Shown piece by piece: positions 44,201 to 59,200 of a stretch of 64,000 nucleotides of DNA. This DNA comes from an uncultured Clostridia bacterium. GTDB taxonomy: Bacteria; Bacillota; Clostridia; Christensenellales; UBA1242. The position numbers were made by a program, and so were the translations under genes. Location of the stretch: positions 36,142 to 100,141 of the forward strand of contig CAKVFH010000001.1 of NCBI GenBank assembly GCA_934746515.1, read 5' to 3'. A model generated the notes under the pieces. That model saw nothing but the letters and a program-made list of their open reading frames with translations, searched no databases and was not told the DNA's origin. Positions within the stretch are counted from its first letter, which is position 1, and each line of letters begins with the position of its first letter.

Positions 44201-47200
44201 ATAACTTGTGTACATATTTGAACGAACACTACCAGAACTGATCACTTCATTTGCATTTGAAGCATCTGTTGTGTTAGGAAGTTCAATTGTAATTGTTTTA
44301 ACAAGGATAAATCTTGCAATCAAACTATCAGTTTGAATAAGGTTGTTTGGATAATCATCAAAATTATCAGAAACCATTAAATATCTTACACTATCCGCAA
44401 CATTAGCATCGTTTACTTTTAACCACCAGCCAGCGAACACATATTTATTTCCATTATACATCAAAACATTATTTTGAATAATTGTTCTGATTGACTCAAC
44501 TGAAAGAGATGTGTCAATATTATTTCCAATAAGTTCCGCAGAAAAAAGTGGAGATTCAACATAAGACGATTCATAACTGCTGTATTTTGCCAAAATATCA
44601 ATGCTCGAATCTGAATGTGAGTTGAAATTGATATCTTTTGCAGCAAAGAATGTAAGCTCGTCAGAATAAGTTATCTTTGAGTTGTTTTTGATAATTTCAG
44701 TGTTGTTATCATAAACATACCAACCACTAAAGTGGAACAATCTTGAGTTTGAACCATAGGCTTTCTTGTTGGCAATTTTTAATGTAATTTTTGTTCCAAA
44801 TGGAACAATAAATTTTGTACAAAGTTCTGTGCCACTTCCAGTCCAAATGCTTCTTGTGAGTTTGTCAGAACTTGTAATAACTGACATACTATCATAATAA
44901 AGTGTTTTTTCACCTTTGAAATAATATTGTGGAATAGCTGTTCCTGTATACAAAACTTTATCCCAATCGTTTTCATCAAACACATATTCAGTTCCGCTTG
45001 TTGGAGATGTGTAATATTTGATTTTTGAATTGTAGAGAGAACCTTTCTTAAGTTCAACTCTTTGTCCAACAGAATATTTGATTGTTGTGTAAATATTTTC
45101 AAGAGCAATTGAGATATCAAATTGTCCACCCTTAACAATGCCATATTCACTAGAGAGAACGCTCTTTGAAATGATATCGTTTACAGCCATTCTGACAGAA
45201 ACTTCAATATTTTTAACAAACTTAACTTCAATGTTTATATTGTTTTCAAAAGCAGAGAAAGTTCTATCAGTTCCGTCAATAGTGTCGGTTACATCAAACT
45301 CGCTGCCTCCGCCTTCACCAGAGAAGAGTCTTTGCAAGTTGATAGTTACTTCGCCAGATAAGCCATAGGTATCAAAGCCTAAATTGCTAACTGACAAATA
45401 AATTCCGTTGATGAATATTCCCGCAGTTGTATAACCGCTTGTTGGATTAACAGTAATTTGAAGACAATTGTATGATTTTGAGAAGAATGTTCCTTCATTT
45501 TTGGTTGATGGAGAAGTTTCCATGTATGCCTTAACTTTAACAGTTCCGCCAACTTTATTGTTTGCGTTATAGTTGCTTGTTGGGCCAAGGTATCCAAAAT
45601 CATCAGTTGTTGTAACAAATGTGTTAATGTCATAAACATTTTCATAGTTTGCAATAACTGTGATATTACTTGTGATGATATCACCAGAAATTGCGAGATA
45701 TGAAACATCAGCACTATCAGTAAGTTTCAATGTTTGTCTATAAACAAAGTTAGGATCATCAATTTGATCTTTAATAATTCGATATGAAATATCTTTTCCG
45801 TCGACTGTAACTTGAATTCTTGAAATATAATAGGTGAAACCAGTAAATCTAAATCCAAGTGTGTGTCCCGCGGTGAGATATAAGTTTGTTCCAGACCTTG
45901 CATAAACTGCAACATCAGGATTTGAATAATAGTTATCAGCAATTGTATATGAGTTTAAAATGTTAGAAATTGTGTAGCCATTCTTTAAATCTTTATCACC
46001 GATTGTTCCGTCATTATCAAGCATGTATTTTGCAAATTGTGCAAATTCATCCTTTGAATAAATGGTTGATGGATTATCTGTTGTAAGGTGGCTAGCATAT
46101 TTCAATAAGTTACCAGAAATAATTGATGAAACCAAAATATTTTCTCTGTTGCCAGTTGGGTAGGTTGAATTTGGAGTTGTGTCATAAGTTACTTCTGTAT
46201 AATAACCATAAGAAGCGGTAAACTTCATGTTATCTGAAGGGATGTAAACATAGCCATAATCTCCAAGACTGCCTGAAAGTTCACCCGTGATGTTTTCAAG
46301 AACAGCTTTTCTGCTGATTGTTCTTGTTTCACCAGCAAATGTGAATGTGTAATACAAATCGTTTCCACCAGCGGTATCTCTTTGAAGTGCACAAAGTGCA
46401 ACAATTTTGTTGTCGTTATCATGAATCATAACGAAACCATTGATACCATCTGATTCTGTTGAGCCAAGCTTTGAGACATTGACTGAAACTTCTCTGTCGG
46501 TTGAATATAAGTAACCATTCAAGTACCAACCATAGAACACAATGCCAAGTTTTTCAGCATCAACACCATTCATGATGCTTGTTTTTAAGGTGTGTCTTGT
46601 TGCAAAGTCAGCTCTGTGAATAGGGTAGGTCTTTGTGAGCGAACTTGTATTGTAATAGTAAATGTTCTTAAATGCACGGTCACCATTACCAATATTAAGT
46701 TGACTTTCTTCATAGTAAGACAAAAAGTTTTGATCAGTGTAGTACAACGCAATATTTCTATCATTGATAGTCGCATATTCAACAGTTGATTCAACTGAAA
46801 TGAATTTTAACAAATCTGTAAGCTTGCTTTCTGCACCAACATTTCCGTCATCTTTGTTTCCTTCAATTGTTTTTTCTATTGTTGAAGTATATGAGCTATA
46901 GTAAGAAATTCTCATTGAAATGTTAGCTGGGCTACCAATTGTTCCAATTGTGTTGCTTGTGATAACAAATCTGCCTTCCTTGTCTTTGTTAAGATAGGTG
47001 TTATTACCTTCCAATCCAAGGGTAGCAAAAATGTGTGTACCTTCAATACTCATATATCTGTTTCTAACAGCTGGGTTAATATATGGAGTAATGTAAAGAT
47101 TTGTGCCTCTTGCAATTGTTACATCGGTATAGTAAAGCCCTTTATCAGCATCATAGTTATCTGAATAAATGAATGCTGAACGATAGGTTGAGTCAGAAAG

Positions 47201-50200
47201 AGAAATCTTATATTCAATTTTTGCATCAAAATATGAAGTAAACTCATTAGATTTTTGATTGTAGAATGCATAGTCATCTGGGTGAATATCATTAGGGTCG
47301 AGTGATTTATAAACACGGACTGTGATAACTTCAGAGAAAAATGCATAGATTTTTAAGAGTGTTGTGCCGTCTTTCATAACATCAGCATTTGAAACCATAT
47401 CTGAACTTACAGCAATGGCTGCATCTGATTTTGTTGAAATAACTTGCTCAACATAAATGTAGTTTTCATCGTTTTGATAAGAATTATCATCTTTTGAATG
47501 CCATGCAACTTTTTTAGAGAACTTGGTTGAATTCAAATCTTTTTCTGTGTAAGCTGAATTCTTTGTTTCATCATTCGATTCATTGAAATAATAGTAATAT
47601 GTTTGATTGTCATAAACGAATGAATACCAGTTTCCATCAAGTTTTGTTGGCAAACATTTTTTGTAATAATAGTAATAAACGAATGCATAGTTAGTTCCGA
47701 CATCTTTAACATGAATATCATAAGAAACAATTGAACCAGAGTTGATGCTGATTTCATTTGTAACTGTGCTGTTTTCTGGAAGATATTGTATTTCACTATC
47801 AATTTTTGCCAGGGTGTAATAATATCTTGAATCTCTGAATTCATGTTTCATTTCACCTTCGCCGTTGCCGACTTTGAACACACTGTTATCTTTTGCATTT
47901 ACACCACCATTGTTGCCGCTATACTGTGTGCTATCCATACCAGCAATGATTGTTGCAAGTTTTGATGATGATGTAAATCTAATTTCAAGAGAAACATCAC
48001 CAGGAAGACCTGCAGGTTTTACATCTCTATAGAAAAGTTCATAAACTGTGTAGGTTTCGCCATCAATTTCATAGGTTCTTGAACCAAATTTTGATGCGCT
48101 AGCAATTTCTTTTCCATTTTCATAAACACCAATCAAAGATTGTGAACCATGAGAGAAATAGTAAATATAGAATGAATTTTGTTGAGGAATACTTGCAGTC
48201 ATCTTTTCTATATTATCTCTATTATAAATAAAGTCTTCGCTATTAAGTGAACTAATATCACTGTCGCTCATTCGTGTTTCAGATACTCTTGTGTATGCAC
48301 CTTCGGTGTAAAGAGTCGCAACCGCAGAATCTGAAAGAGAAGACAATGAATATTGTTTGATTGTTACAATGTAAGCGTCTTCAAATGAGAACTTAAATGC
48401 AACAGCTTCTCTATATTTGCTGATAGTTGCAATTGTACTGCCACCACTAAATGAGATTGTGCTGCCACTGGCAATTGTTTTTGCTGGGTCTGTGTCTTTT
48501 TCAAATGGTTCATACACTGGATCAGGGTAATAATAAAGATTTACGCCGGATTTAAGTTGATTGTTATCATCAAAATATGTGTCAAAATCTGTTGAAGTGA
48601 ATTTTCTAGACTGGGTGATATAGTATGTTTTTGTTGAATCATAATATTCACCTGCAGAAACAGCTCTGAGCGCAATTGCTGTATCAAGTCTGTAACCAGC
48701 AAAGCTCAATTTGTAGCCAGTGCTTGCAACAACACCAACAGTGAGAGATGTGTTGTATAGGCAGTAGTTAATGTTATGTGGAATATCAGAAGTTGTTGGA
48801 TCTGTTGAAGAGTAATTTTTGTAATCTGAACCATCAAACTCTGAAATTGTGTTGACATGTTTGATGCTTAAGAATGATTTGTAAGCTGTATATTGATCTT
48901 TTTGTGCGTCTGTTACAAAGCCGCCCAGCATTTCAGTTGTTACAAATGAGTTAACACTTACATTTGCAGTACCACCAGATGTGATTGAGATTGTGAGTGG
49001 GGTAATCTTTATATATCTAGCAATAATTGTTCCTGCTGGGAGAATACCCAAGAAATCATAATACATATTGGTTGTAAGCAATGTTTCTTTGTCACCAACA
49101 AGGTTATAGAAACCAACAAATTGATAATACGAAGCTTTGCCCTTATCGTAAACAACATAATATTTATCTTTTACTTGAATTGACAAATACTTTCTGTCAC
49201 CACTAACACTATTGTTGTCAATTTTGAACTTATATGTGATTGTCTTCTTGAAGTTTGCATCGCCTAAATGGTTATCAAATTCTCTTGAACCAACGCCGCC
49301 CCAATCCATTCTTGTGTTGGTTAGGTTATATTCCAATATACCATTGCTTGAAATGTTTGCTTCAGTGTCATAGTGAACATAGTTCATATAATAAACGATT
49401 TCCATTGGAATGATCATGTCTGTGTCATCTTCAACAAGGTCACTATTTGCATCATTTATTGATTTAAACTCATTTTTAAATGAAACAAGTGAAGTTACAT
49501 CTCTTGCAATTGATTGATAAATAACTTGGTTATTTTCATCAAGAGAGCAGTTTGTGTTGATTACAGTATCAGCTGTATAGTAATAGTTTGCATAGAGAAC
49601 TGATGAGAACTTATCTGATGTAACATCAATTGAAGCAGTGTCATTAAATAAAGATTTCAAGGTTGCAACAGCTTTAACCATATCAGTTGGTTGCAACATT
49701 GATGTTGAGTTGTTTGATGCTTTAGACTCATTAGTCTTCCAATTTTTAAAGGTTGGAGGAGCTGCTTCGCTATTGGTTTCAGCATTTCTTACAAGTTCTT
49801 CGTGTGTTTTGTTATAAACAATTGCAGCAACAAGTTTTCCATTTAACTCGGCATCAAACCAACCATAAACTTTGTATGTTGCTTGACTTGAATCTGAATG
49901 ATAGAGAACATTATGAGCAATATCTCTATTTAAACTATAATGTGGGCTTACATAAGAGCCTTTTTCATCAAGTGTATCATTCAAATAATCATCAAGAAGA
50001 GCAGTGTTGATAACACCTTCGTTGTTCTCTTCATAGTCTGAAATGAAGAACACTTTGTCAATGTCGCCGTTATCTTTAATTGAATAAAGAACGAACTCGC
50101 AATCTCTGATAGCTGTGCCATCTGGATTATATGTAAAGTTGCTGATTACAAATTCAGTGAAGATAACTTTCTTTGCAGAGAGTTTAACTGTACATGAGCG

Positions 50201-53200
50201 TCTTGCATCAACATCGCCAGAAGCACCATCAAGTGTGATTCTTACAAGTGGGAATTTAACGAATGTGTTGCTTGTCATTGACCAATCAATAAATGAACAT
50301 TCAGCAGCACTTTGATTGTTCTTTGTTTGATAGTAGGTAAGAGAATTATCAAATTCAATATTTTTGCTTGCATTATCATCGATTCTAACTTGATAAGTAT
50401 CATTTACTCTATAGCCACCAACTGGGTTGATTGACATAACTGGGGCGCTTGAATAGAAGAACCAACCAGAAATTGTTGCCATGTTTTCATCATACTTATA
50501 CAAAAGCTTTCCAGGTTGTGATGAAAGTTTGTTTGATTTAAGTTTTCCACCATCCCAATCGCTTGCGCTATAAGTATATTTGTTAATGCCACGATTATCT
50601 GTAAAATACAAATTGCTATCAGCATCAATCCATTCGTCACCAGGCTCAACCATGATGTATGAAGATTCATTTATCGCAATTTCTTGATTTCTTGAGTCAA
50701 TTGAATCTCTGAATGAAACATTGAATTCATTTTTATTGTAAGAGAATGAGAATTCTGTGAGTGCAACAAACATTGCAATGATGTTTGTGTTTGCAGCAGA
50801 AGCTGTAACAAGTGGTTTTGTCATATCTGTTGACAAAAGTTCAAGATCAGACCAAACTGAATTATCTTCGTTATATGTTTGGGCATACCAACCAGCAAAT
50901 GAATAAGCTTTTGTAATCTCAAAATCTTCAAGATATTCAGGAGTTACTTTTGTGGTTGTTCCAATATAAACGGTCTTATAATCTTCAGTATAGATGTAAT
51001 ATTCACCAGTATAAACACCATTTTCATTGTCATAAGCACGGCAGACAACATACTCGCCGTTATCAATCTTGAAGTAATTATCACCAGAATTTAAAGCATA
51101 GCCAGCATTACTTGTTGAAGCTCTTGTTGTTTTTAGAACTTGTTTGTCATATTGTGAAATATATCCAAAACTGCTGTAATCACCTGAATAGTAGGTTTTT
51201 AATCCGCCCCACAAAGCAACAGTGTTTTCTGCGAACAACATGCTTCCGTAAGAATTGTAATTAAGTTTTCCTGCAGTGATTTGATCTTCAGCATAAAGGT
51301 CACTTGTTCCATCTTGATAATATTCAAGATTAAACTGTTGAACTTTTTCATAACCAGCTACATAGTTGAGTGGGTCGTCAGATCTGTCAAGTTTTTTAGC
51401 ACTACCAATGTAGTTGTAATCTGCAAAACTGGTTTTGATACCACCACCAACATAAATTGTATCATCCAAAATATAGTATGGGTTTTGAGTGAAGTTTGCA
51501 CTCTTTGCACCATTTGTAATAAAGATATCGCTTTCTTTATCAGCATTTAAGTTATCTGAAGAGAATGAATCAACAATCGCTGTTGAAACAGAGAATGTGT
51601 AAATTTTGATTGAAGAAAGGTTAATATAGTTGGTTTTACCTGAAAGTGCAGGCATGCTATAATTAAACACTTTCTTTGTGATAACTTCTTCTTTTCCATC
51701 TCCAGCGAAGAATGTTGAATTATAAATCATTCCTGTTGTGTTAGAAGTAAGTTTGCTTGCATCAATTTTATATTGAACAAGGCGTTTTATTGAAATGATA
51801 TATAACTCACCAATACTGCTAAAATTGCTTGAAGGAAGTTTTACATAGTCTGTGTAGCTTACTTCACTGTTAAGTGAGAGTTTGTAAGGTTTATAATAGC
51901 TGCTTGTATAGGTTGCTGATGAAATTCTGATTGAATTTTTAATAGATGTTGCAGCATAGATAATTTGGTTCATTTGACTAACAAATTGACCAATTGATTG
52001 GAACTTTTTGTTTTCAAGTGTCCAAAGAACAGAAACTGTATAGTCAGTTAAACCAAGTGTGTCTTTTAATGTTTTCTTATTTACTTCAATATTTAAAATT
52101 GAGTTAATAAGCGTGTCATTTATATAAACATTTCCAGAAACTGTTGAATAATAACCTAATTCGTAAATTGATTTATACAAACCATAAGCGGATGCATCCA
52201 ATGCATTATCTTTATTCAAAAATGCTTTCAAAGAATTATTTATATTTGAAAGAGCTTTGCTAAAGTTCTTTTCAAGTGAATTTGATTTTTGTTCATTATA
52301 AGCGTTTTCAAACACAAATACGAAATATTTTCTGATTTCATCAATGAAATCTGCCTTTGAAACATCGTCTTTCTTGCTAAATTTGAATGTATTATTGCCA
52401 ATCTTGTATGTATACGCAGTTGCTTGGCTTGCGTTTCTAGTTTCATAAGGTGCCAAATTATCAAAAGCACCAAGCTGATAATAGTTATAGAAAACAATTT
52501 CAGCCATCATTTTTGAGAATGCGAATGCGTTTGAAATAACTAGGGAAGTGTTTCTATCAAAAGCAATTTTAACATCGAATTTATCTGTGCCATATTTGAA
52601 TCTCAAATAGTTATTCTTTGAAATGTCTGTTGTCGCGTTATCAAGCTCTGAATATGAAACTTTCAAATCAAAGATTGAATCATAAAGAGACAAGTTGTTT
52701 CCGCTCAAAACTTGGTTGGTAACAAGACGAGCTTTGTCTGGGTGGAGAACATATTCTGGGTTCTCGTTGCCCATTGTTGTTGTTAAGCCTTCTGTTTGTT
52801 CAAGGTCATTATTATAGGTAACCTTTAACAAATAGTAGGTATACTTCAAGTTTGTATCTGATGACTCATTTACAAGTTGTTTATTAGGCTCAATAAGGAA
52901 GTTTATTGTGTAATTTGAATTAAGTCCAAGTGAGTGAATTGTAAGTTCATTGCCTTTTTGCAAACGAACAAGAACATAAAGTGTTGTTCCAACATCAAAA
53001 TAATAATTCTTGAGTGTAAGGGTCTTATCTTCAGTTCTAAACATTGCAAAAGCATTTCTTTCAAATGAACCTTTGCCTTTTTCATTTAGGTTATATTTCG
53101 TTCCATTTTTAACCTTTCTATAGTCAGTAAGACTTGTGTATGTTGAAAGTTTTGAAAGTTTTTGGAAGTTTACAATTGATTCTTCATCATAATAATGCAT

Positions 53201-56200
53201 CAAATAAGACTCTGAAGTTGAGAAACCTTCGGCATCAAAGCCTGCTTTTCCAGCTTTTGACTTATCGTAATAACCATTCAAAAGTGAAATTTGTTTACTC
53301 TTATCTTCTTCATCATTGATAATGAAATTGTAGTTTGTGTAGTTCTTTGTTAAACCATAAGATTCAACAGCACCACCAAGGAAGTTTCTGTTTGCTGTTC
53401 CACTTACAAGAGAATCATCATTCATAAGTTGACCAGAAGAATTTGATCTCACTTGAGACTTTGAAGAATCTTCGTTAAAGTAGTAGATTGCTTCAACTGA
53501 AACGCCTGAATCAGCTTCATCTTCGCACAAAACATAGGTTTGGAATGTTTCAATAAACTTGGCAACAACACGAATATTTGAGTGCAATTTGTTAATCTTT
53601 AACACATTTGGTTGATTTCCATCAATTTCAAAGTTGTTACCTTTTGTGCTTCTGTAATAGGTTATATCATAACTTAATGTTGTATTGTTATAAACAAATA
53701 TAGCATAAACTTCTTGACCATTTTGAGTGTAGGTTGTTTTTGTTGATTGACGCTTGCCAGAACCAACAATTTGCCATTCTTCACTCACAACAGGAATACC
53801 ATTGCTTGTTGTGAACGAATAAACAACATCAATAGCATCATAATTATTCATGTAACCAATGTAGTATGAGTTCCAAAGGGAAGTGATTGTTGTGGCTGAT
53901 TTGCTTGAACCAAAGTCTGAAACCGAAACAGGGAATCTGAAATCTTCATCATAATACAAATCTTCTCTGTCTCCGCCTTTCATGTAAACTCTCACAAATT
54001 TTGGATTTGTTCTTGATTGTCCAATATTTGCATAAAGTGCACAATATTCAGATTTAAGTGAAGCTGGAACAACTTTTCCACTATTAGTAAATCTCAATGT
54101 AAATTCATCATAATATTGATTTGTGATTGAGTATTTTCTGGTGAAGCTTGAACCATTTGGATAAAGACCTTTTGTTTCAATTTCAAACGATTTCGCAGAG
54201 CTGTTGTTTGTTTCAAATTCAGTTCTAATGATTTCATCGCTAAAGTTTGTTTCAAACTGTTCATTGACTTTTTTATCTGAAACAACCCAGCCATATTCTT
54301 CATCATAAGATGCAAGATACCAGCCTTCAATTCTATAACCAGAGTTTGCAATAGCTGTTATTGTGATTGTGTCATCTCTGTCATAGTAGGTTGTTTTATA
54401 TTCAATTGAAGTGTTTACTGTCTTTCCGTCATCGGCAAGATAGAATTCGCCACTGCTGAGGTTGTTGTTTGAGTTATAGTAAGTTTCATCATAATAAACA
54501 TCTTCATTTTTGGTTGTGTAGTTAAATCCTGCACGAATAATGTCTGCAAACGAGTTTGACTCACTAAAGTAATAATCAATATTTCTGTGCAACTCAAGAG
54601 AATTTTCTTTAAATGTATAAAGTTTGTCATTTGCAACAGTGAATTTTTGTGGATTAGTTTTCTTTGTGTAAACTTGATTTTTGTTTACTGAATAAACAGT
54701 GCCTCTATAGTGAAGAATGTCTGTGATCATGTAATCTTCATTAGTAGAATCATCTTCATAGATATAGCCATCCATGCCGATCATCATTGTATCGTAAACA
54801 TGAGTTGTGGTGTTATATTTTTTTGTTGCGAAAAATGTGCTTACTTTTCTAAATGACTTGTAGTTATAGGTGATATAAACTTGATCAACAACAGAGCCTG
54901 GTGCGTTAAGTTTATAAGCCAAACTATTTGCTTTTACAACTCTTACAAGAGACAAAACGCCAGCTTTGAGAGAAGAGTATTCAGAAAGGTCAACACTTAA
55001 GCAAGAATGATATGTTTCACCTTTGTAGAAATAAAGTTTGTAAATTGAATTTTCAACTTCTTTAACAAGAATTGAAACAGCATTAGCATTAGTTTTATAG
55101 TCACTAGCTAGTCCAATCTTTGCAAAAACAGGGCTGTTGCCAACAAAATTACCAGTGAAGAGCAAGAACATATTTGTGTCTGTAACTTCCAAGTTTTCTT
55201 TTGTATATTGAAGCAAAAATCTGTCTTCAACATGATCATTTTCATCAATTGAAGTTGAATTTGATGTTGAAGTAATATTGATTGAACCGCCAATATTTGG
55301 AGTTGCTGTTGTGGTTTCCATACCAATAGAAACGGAGTAAAGTCTTTCATAAACAGGCAATACTAAATAGTAGCCTGAAACAGTAGACTTAAATCTGCAA
55401 ATTGAGTTAAATCTGTCTGTAAAACTATCACTTTCAGTTGCTTCGCTGTTATAAACCATATACTCAGCGCTATCTTTTGAATAGATTCTCCATTCTTTGA
55501 ATCTGTAGTATGTTTCATTTTTAAAGTTAATGAGTGGGTTAGCGAGTAAGATTGCGCCATCAACACCAACTTCAAGATAAACCTGTTTGTCTGGATCAAG
55601 TTTTTCATTGTAAATATTGATTGCTGATTCAAGCCAATAACCTTGAAGTGAAGTTGAATCAAGCGCATCGAATGGAACTTTATAGCCAGTTGTTAAGCCA
55701 GAAATTACAACATTCGAGAAATCAACATTTGCTGAATTTGAAAAAACGTTTGTGTCAAGGTCAACCAAGCCATTGCAAATTGTATTGTCACTTTCACCAA
55801 TCATATCACTGGTTAAAATAAGTTCGCCAGTTGTTTCGTCTTGAACATAAGTGTGAATGTCAAAGAATGGGGCATCTTTAATTTCATAAACAGATGATTG
55901 CCAAATTACTGCATCATCTTCAGTAAGTTTTGCAAGCTTGCCATTCTTGATAATATAAATATTATCGGTGTAAATCTTTGTTTCAACACCATTTTGCATT
56001 TTTACAGTGTAGGTATCACTAGCATAAATATTTGAATCATTATCGTTCATTGCACATTCATTGATTTTTAATGTGTCACTATAAACTTTATAGAAACTTT
56101 CGCCAGCTTTGATATAACCTTTGTAGAAACTCTTTTCAAGTGTGGTTAGGTTTGTATATTCTTCAAACAAAATATAATATTTTGAATCTTTGTCTGTTTC

Positions 56201-59200
56201 TGTGCTGTAATAGTATGAATAGAATGTTGTGTGTTCTTGTGGATTTGCTTTTGAATAATGTCTCAGTGCTGTGATAGAACTATAAGTTTCTTTGTCAACA
56301 ACATAATACATATTGTCAAATTGATTGTTATCAAGATTTGCAAGTGTGTGTTTGAAAGTAACAGCAGAGAAGTCTGTGTATAGAGTTCCAGGGACTTTTC
56401 CTGTTTCATCGTGGCTAACAAACCCGTCAAGAATTTCAATATAGTAACCGTTATTAAATCCAGTAACAAGTTCCACATGCGATGTTGAGCCTTGAACATG
56501 ATAAACATCAAAGGCAAATATTGGATTGACATAAGGCAAACCATCTATATATCTAACACCAGGGAAACCTTGTGTTATGCTTGTTTTGTCTGTGTAATCA
56601 ATGTCAAAGTATGAGCCTTCGTCTGTGAGATAATCAAAAGGTGAATAATTCGTGCCTGAAGGAAGGCCATCTTTTGAAATACTTGGGACATTTAATTTTC
56701 TCTTTGAAATGAATGAAGAGAATGTGTTTGTTGCAACAACTTCACCAGAAACTGCATCATGTGAATATTTACCAAGTATTGAAATAATTTCAACGTTATT
56801 TATATTTGTTCCATAAAGTCGAGCATACCTGCTTGTGTCACCAACATAGGTTACAATTGAAGTGTTTTTAATTTTAACTTCAAGGAATTTTTCACGAACC
56901 TTTGCAGCAAATGCTGTGCCGTAAAGTGCGGCTTCTGTAATTTCAGCACCCACAACCAAATTTCCACTACCATCAACAGTTGCATAGTAGTATTTATAAG
57001 TTGTGTCGCCTAAAAGCTTCTTGGTAACATAATCGCGGTTATACAAAAGGTATTCATAATTGCCACCATCTTTTTGATAAACAATGTATCTTTGAGAATC
57101 ATAATCGAAACATGCTTGAACATAATATTTTGTATTCTTTCTTCTTTCAATTCTACCAGAAATGATAACTTGCTCTGTTGTATCAAGAGTGTAGTAAGCA
57201 TAGCATCTTGTGTTAATCATAACTTCATCTTCAACTTTATCATCATTAAGTCTGTATGAACGAAGCAAATCAAAGTTCGAAAATGCATAATATTGAACAA
57301 CAGGTCTAAACTCAAATCTATCAGAAGAAGAGTAATAGTTGTAGGTAAATTCTGTAACGGAGTTTGACATAGCAAAAAGTCCGTCGTTAAATTCAAGTTT
57401 TTTGAAAAGAGTTGAGTTATTTTTGTCATAGAAGAAGATTGAAGATGTTAATTTATCTTCAACATAAGGTGTTGCATTGACACCAGTATCTTTTATTGAC
57501 AAATCGTCATTAAAAATTGTAACTGTTGCATTTACTGCATTAGAAATTCTAGCAACCAAGTCGCCATTAGTTTTTCTGATTTCACGAGTAGATGCATTAT
57601 ATTTAAAGGTTAAATTTGCATTATTTTTAACATTTTGATAAGGTACAAAATGATAAGAGTCTGTTGCAGTTAGTGGAGCAGGAATGTCTGATCTAACAAA
57701 AACTTCGCCTGTGTTTGAGTCGCAGAAATAGAATTGTCCTTCATAATTAAAAATATAATTAAGTGCAACTGAAGTTGATTCAAGCAAGAATTTTCCTTCA
57801 GGTTCAGTAGTTTCAACCTTTGAAATTTTTGTTACATCATTTGCAGCATTTTCTGTTGTTTCATATTTATAATAGCTACCTTTTTCATTGATGATATAGT
57901 TTGTTCCATTAAAGAAAATAGATGCTTTGTCAATATAGTTTCCATAAGCATATTGAACATTCATGAAAGAGTCTTTGTTTACATCACCAAACATTTGCTT
58001 GTAGGTTATTGGGTCGCCGGCACTATTTGTTAGCATTTGAAGAACTTTTCTTGAACCATTTGTAGATTGTTCAATAAAGCAATAAGCATCAGCGGTTTCA
58101 CCTTGTCCAGTTGCTGCAACATACATTGTTACAGGAGTTGGTTCAGAAGTATCAACGCTTGTTGATGAATAACAAATATACAAGCTGTATGCTGTCAAGA
58201 CATCATAATAAACAGGATCATTTGCCAAACTATCAGAATATCTAATTGGCAAATCAATATAGTATGTTGATGAACCATTAAGAAGAAATTCATATTTTGC
58301 TTCAGATATTGTTGGTGTTGAAACAATGTTTGAAACATTACCAAATACACGGCTTCCAGATTCAGTTGACAAGTTTGAAGAAGGGTATAAATCAATAATT
58401 TGATTGTTATCTTTTCTCTTTAATGATTGTTTGCCGTTTTCTCCACTGCCACCACTGCCTTGCATGAATGAAGCATAGTTGATAACAACTTCAGTTGGTC
58501 TATAGTATTCACCTTTTTGAGTTTGTTTTGTTACAGTAACAAATATTTTTGAAGGATTTGCTAAATCAGGATCCGTTTTAAGCAAGTATCTCTCACCATC
58601 AATTTTTACATTTTTACTTCCAAATGAAAAGTAATAAAAATTGCCATTAAATTTAACTTTGTTATAGTCATCACTGCTAATATCAACATAATTTGGCTTA
58701 CTTAAATCATTTGATATGATGAATTTTTCAATAAGTTTGAGTTCGTTATTGATTCCATCTCCGTCAGATAAATCTGAAAGATCGCCAATTGTTGTGTTTG
58801 AAGTTGAGAAATACTTTGTAACATAGGTGTAACTTGATCTGGTGTCAACATAAGAAACTTCAAAGCTTTGAACTTTGTCTGCTTGAGTTGCTCTGATATA
58901 TTTTGTTTGAAGAGTAACCATTTGGCCATTTGATTCAGAAGTATACTCTTGAACAACCAAAACTTCTTTGCTGACGCTCAATCTTTCAACATAATAGAAG
59001 CAACTTACATCAAGTGAAGCTTTAACAAGATTATAGAATGGTAAACATTTCTTTTGGTTTGCTGTAAGTGTATTTTGATCAGCTGTTGCATAAGTTTCAA
59101 TTTGTTTGCCAGAGAAAATACTTACCCCAATAAGATCTTTAAAATTAGAGATAGGGTAATACATTATAAGTGTGGTGATAGAATTTGTATCATCATATCT

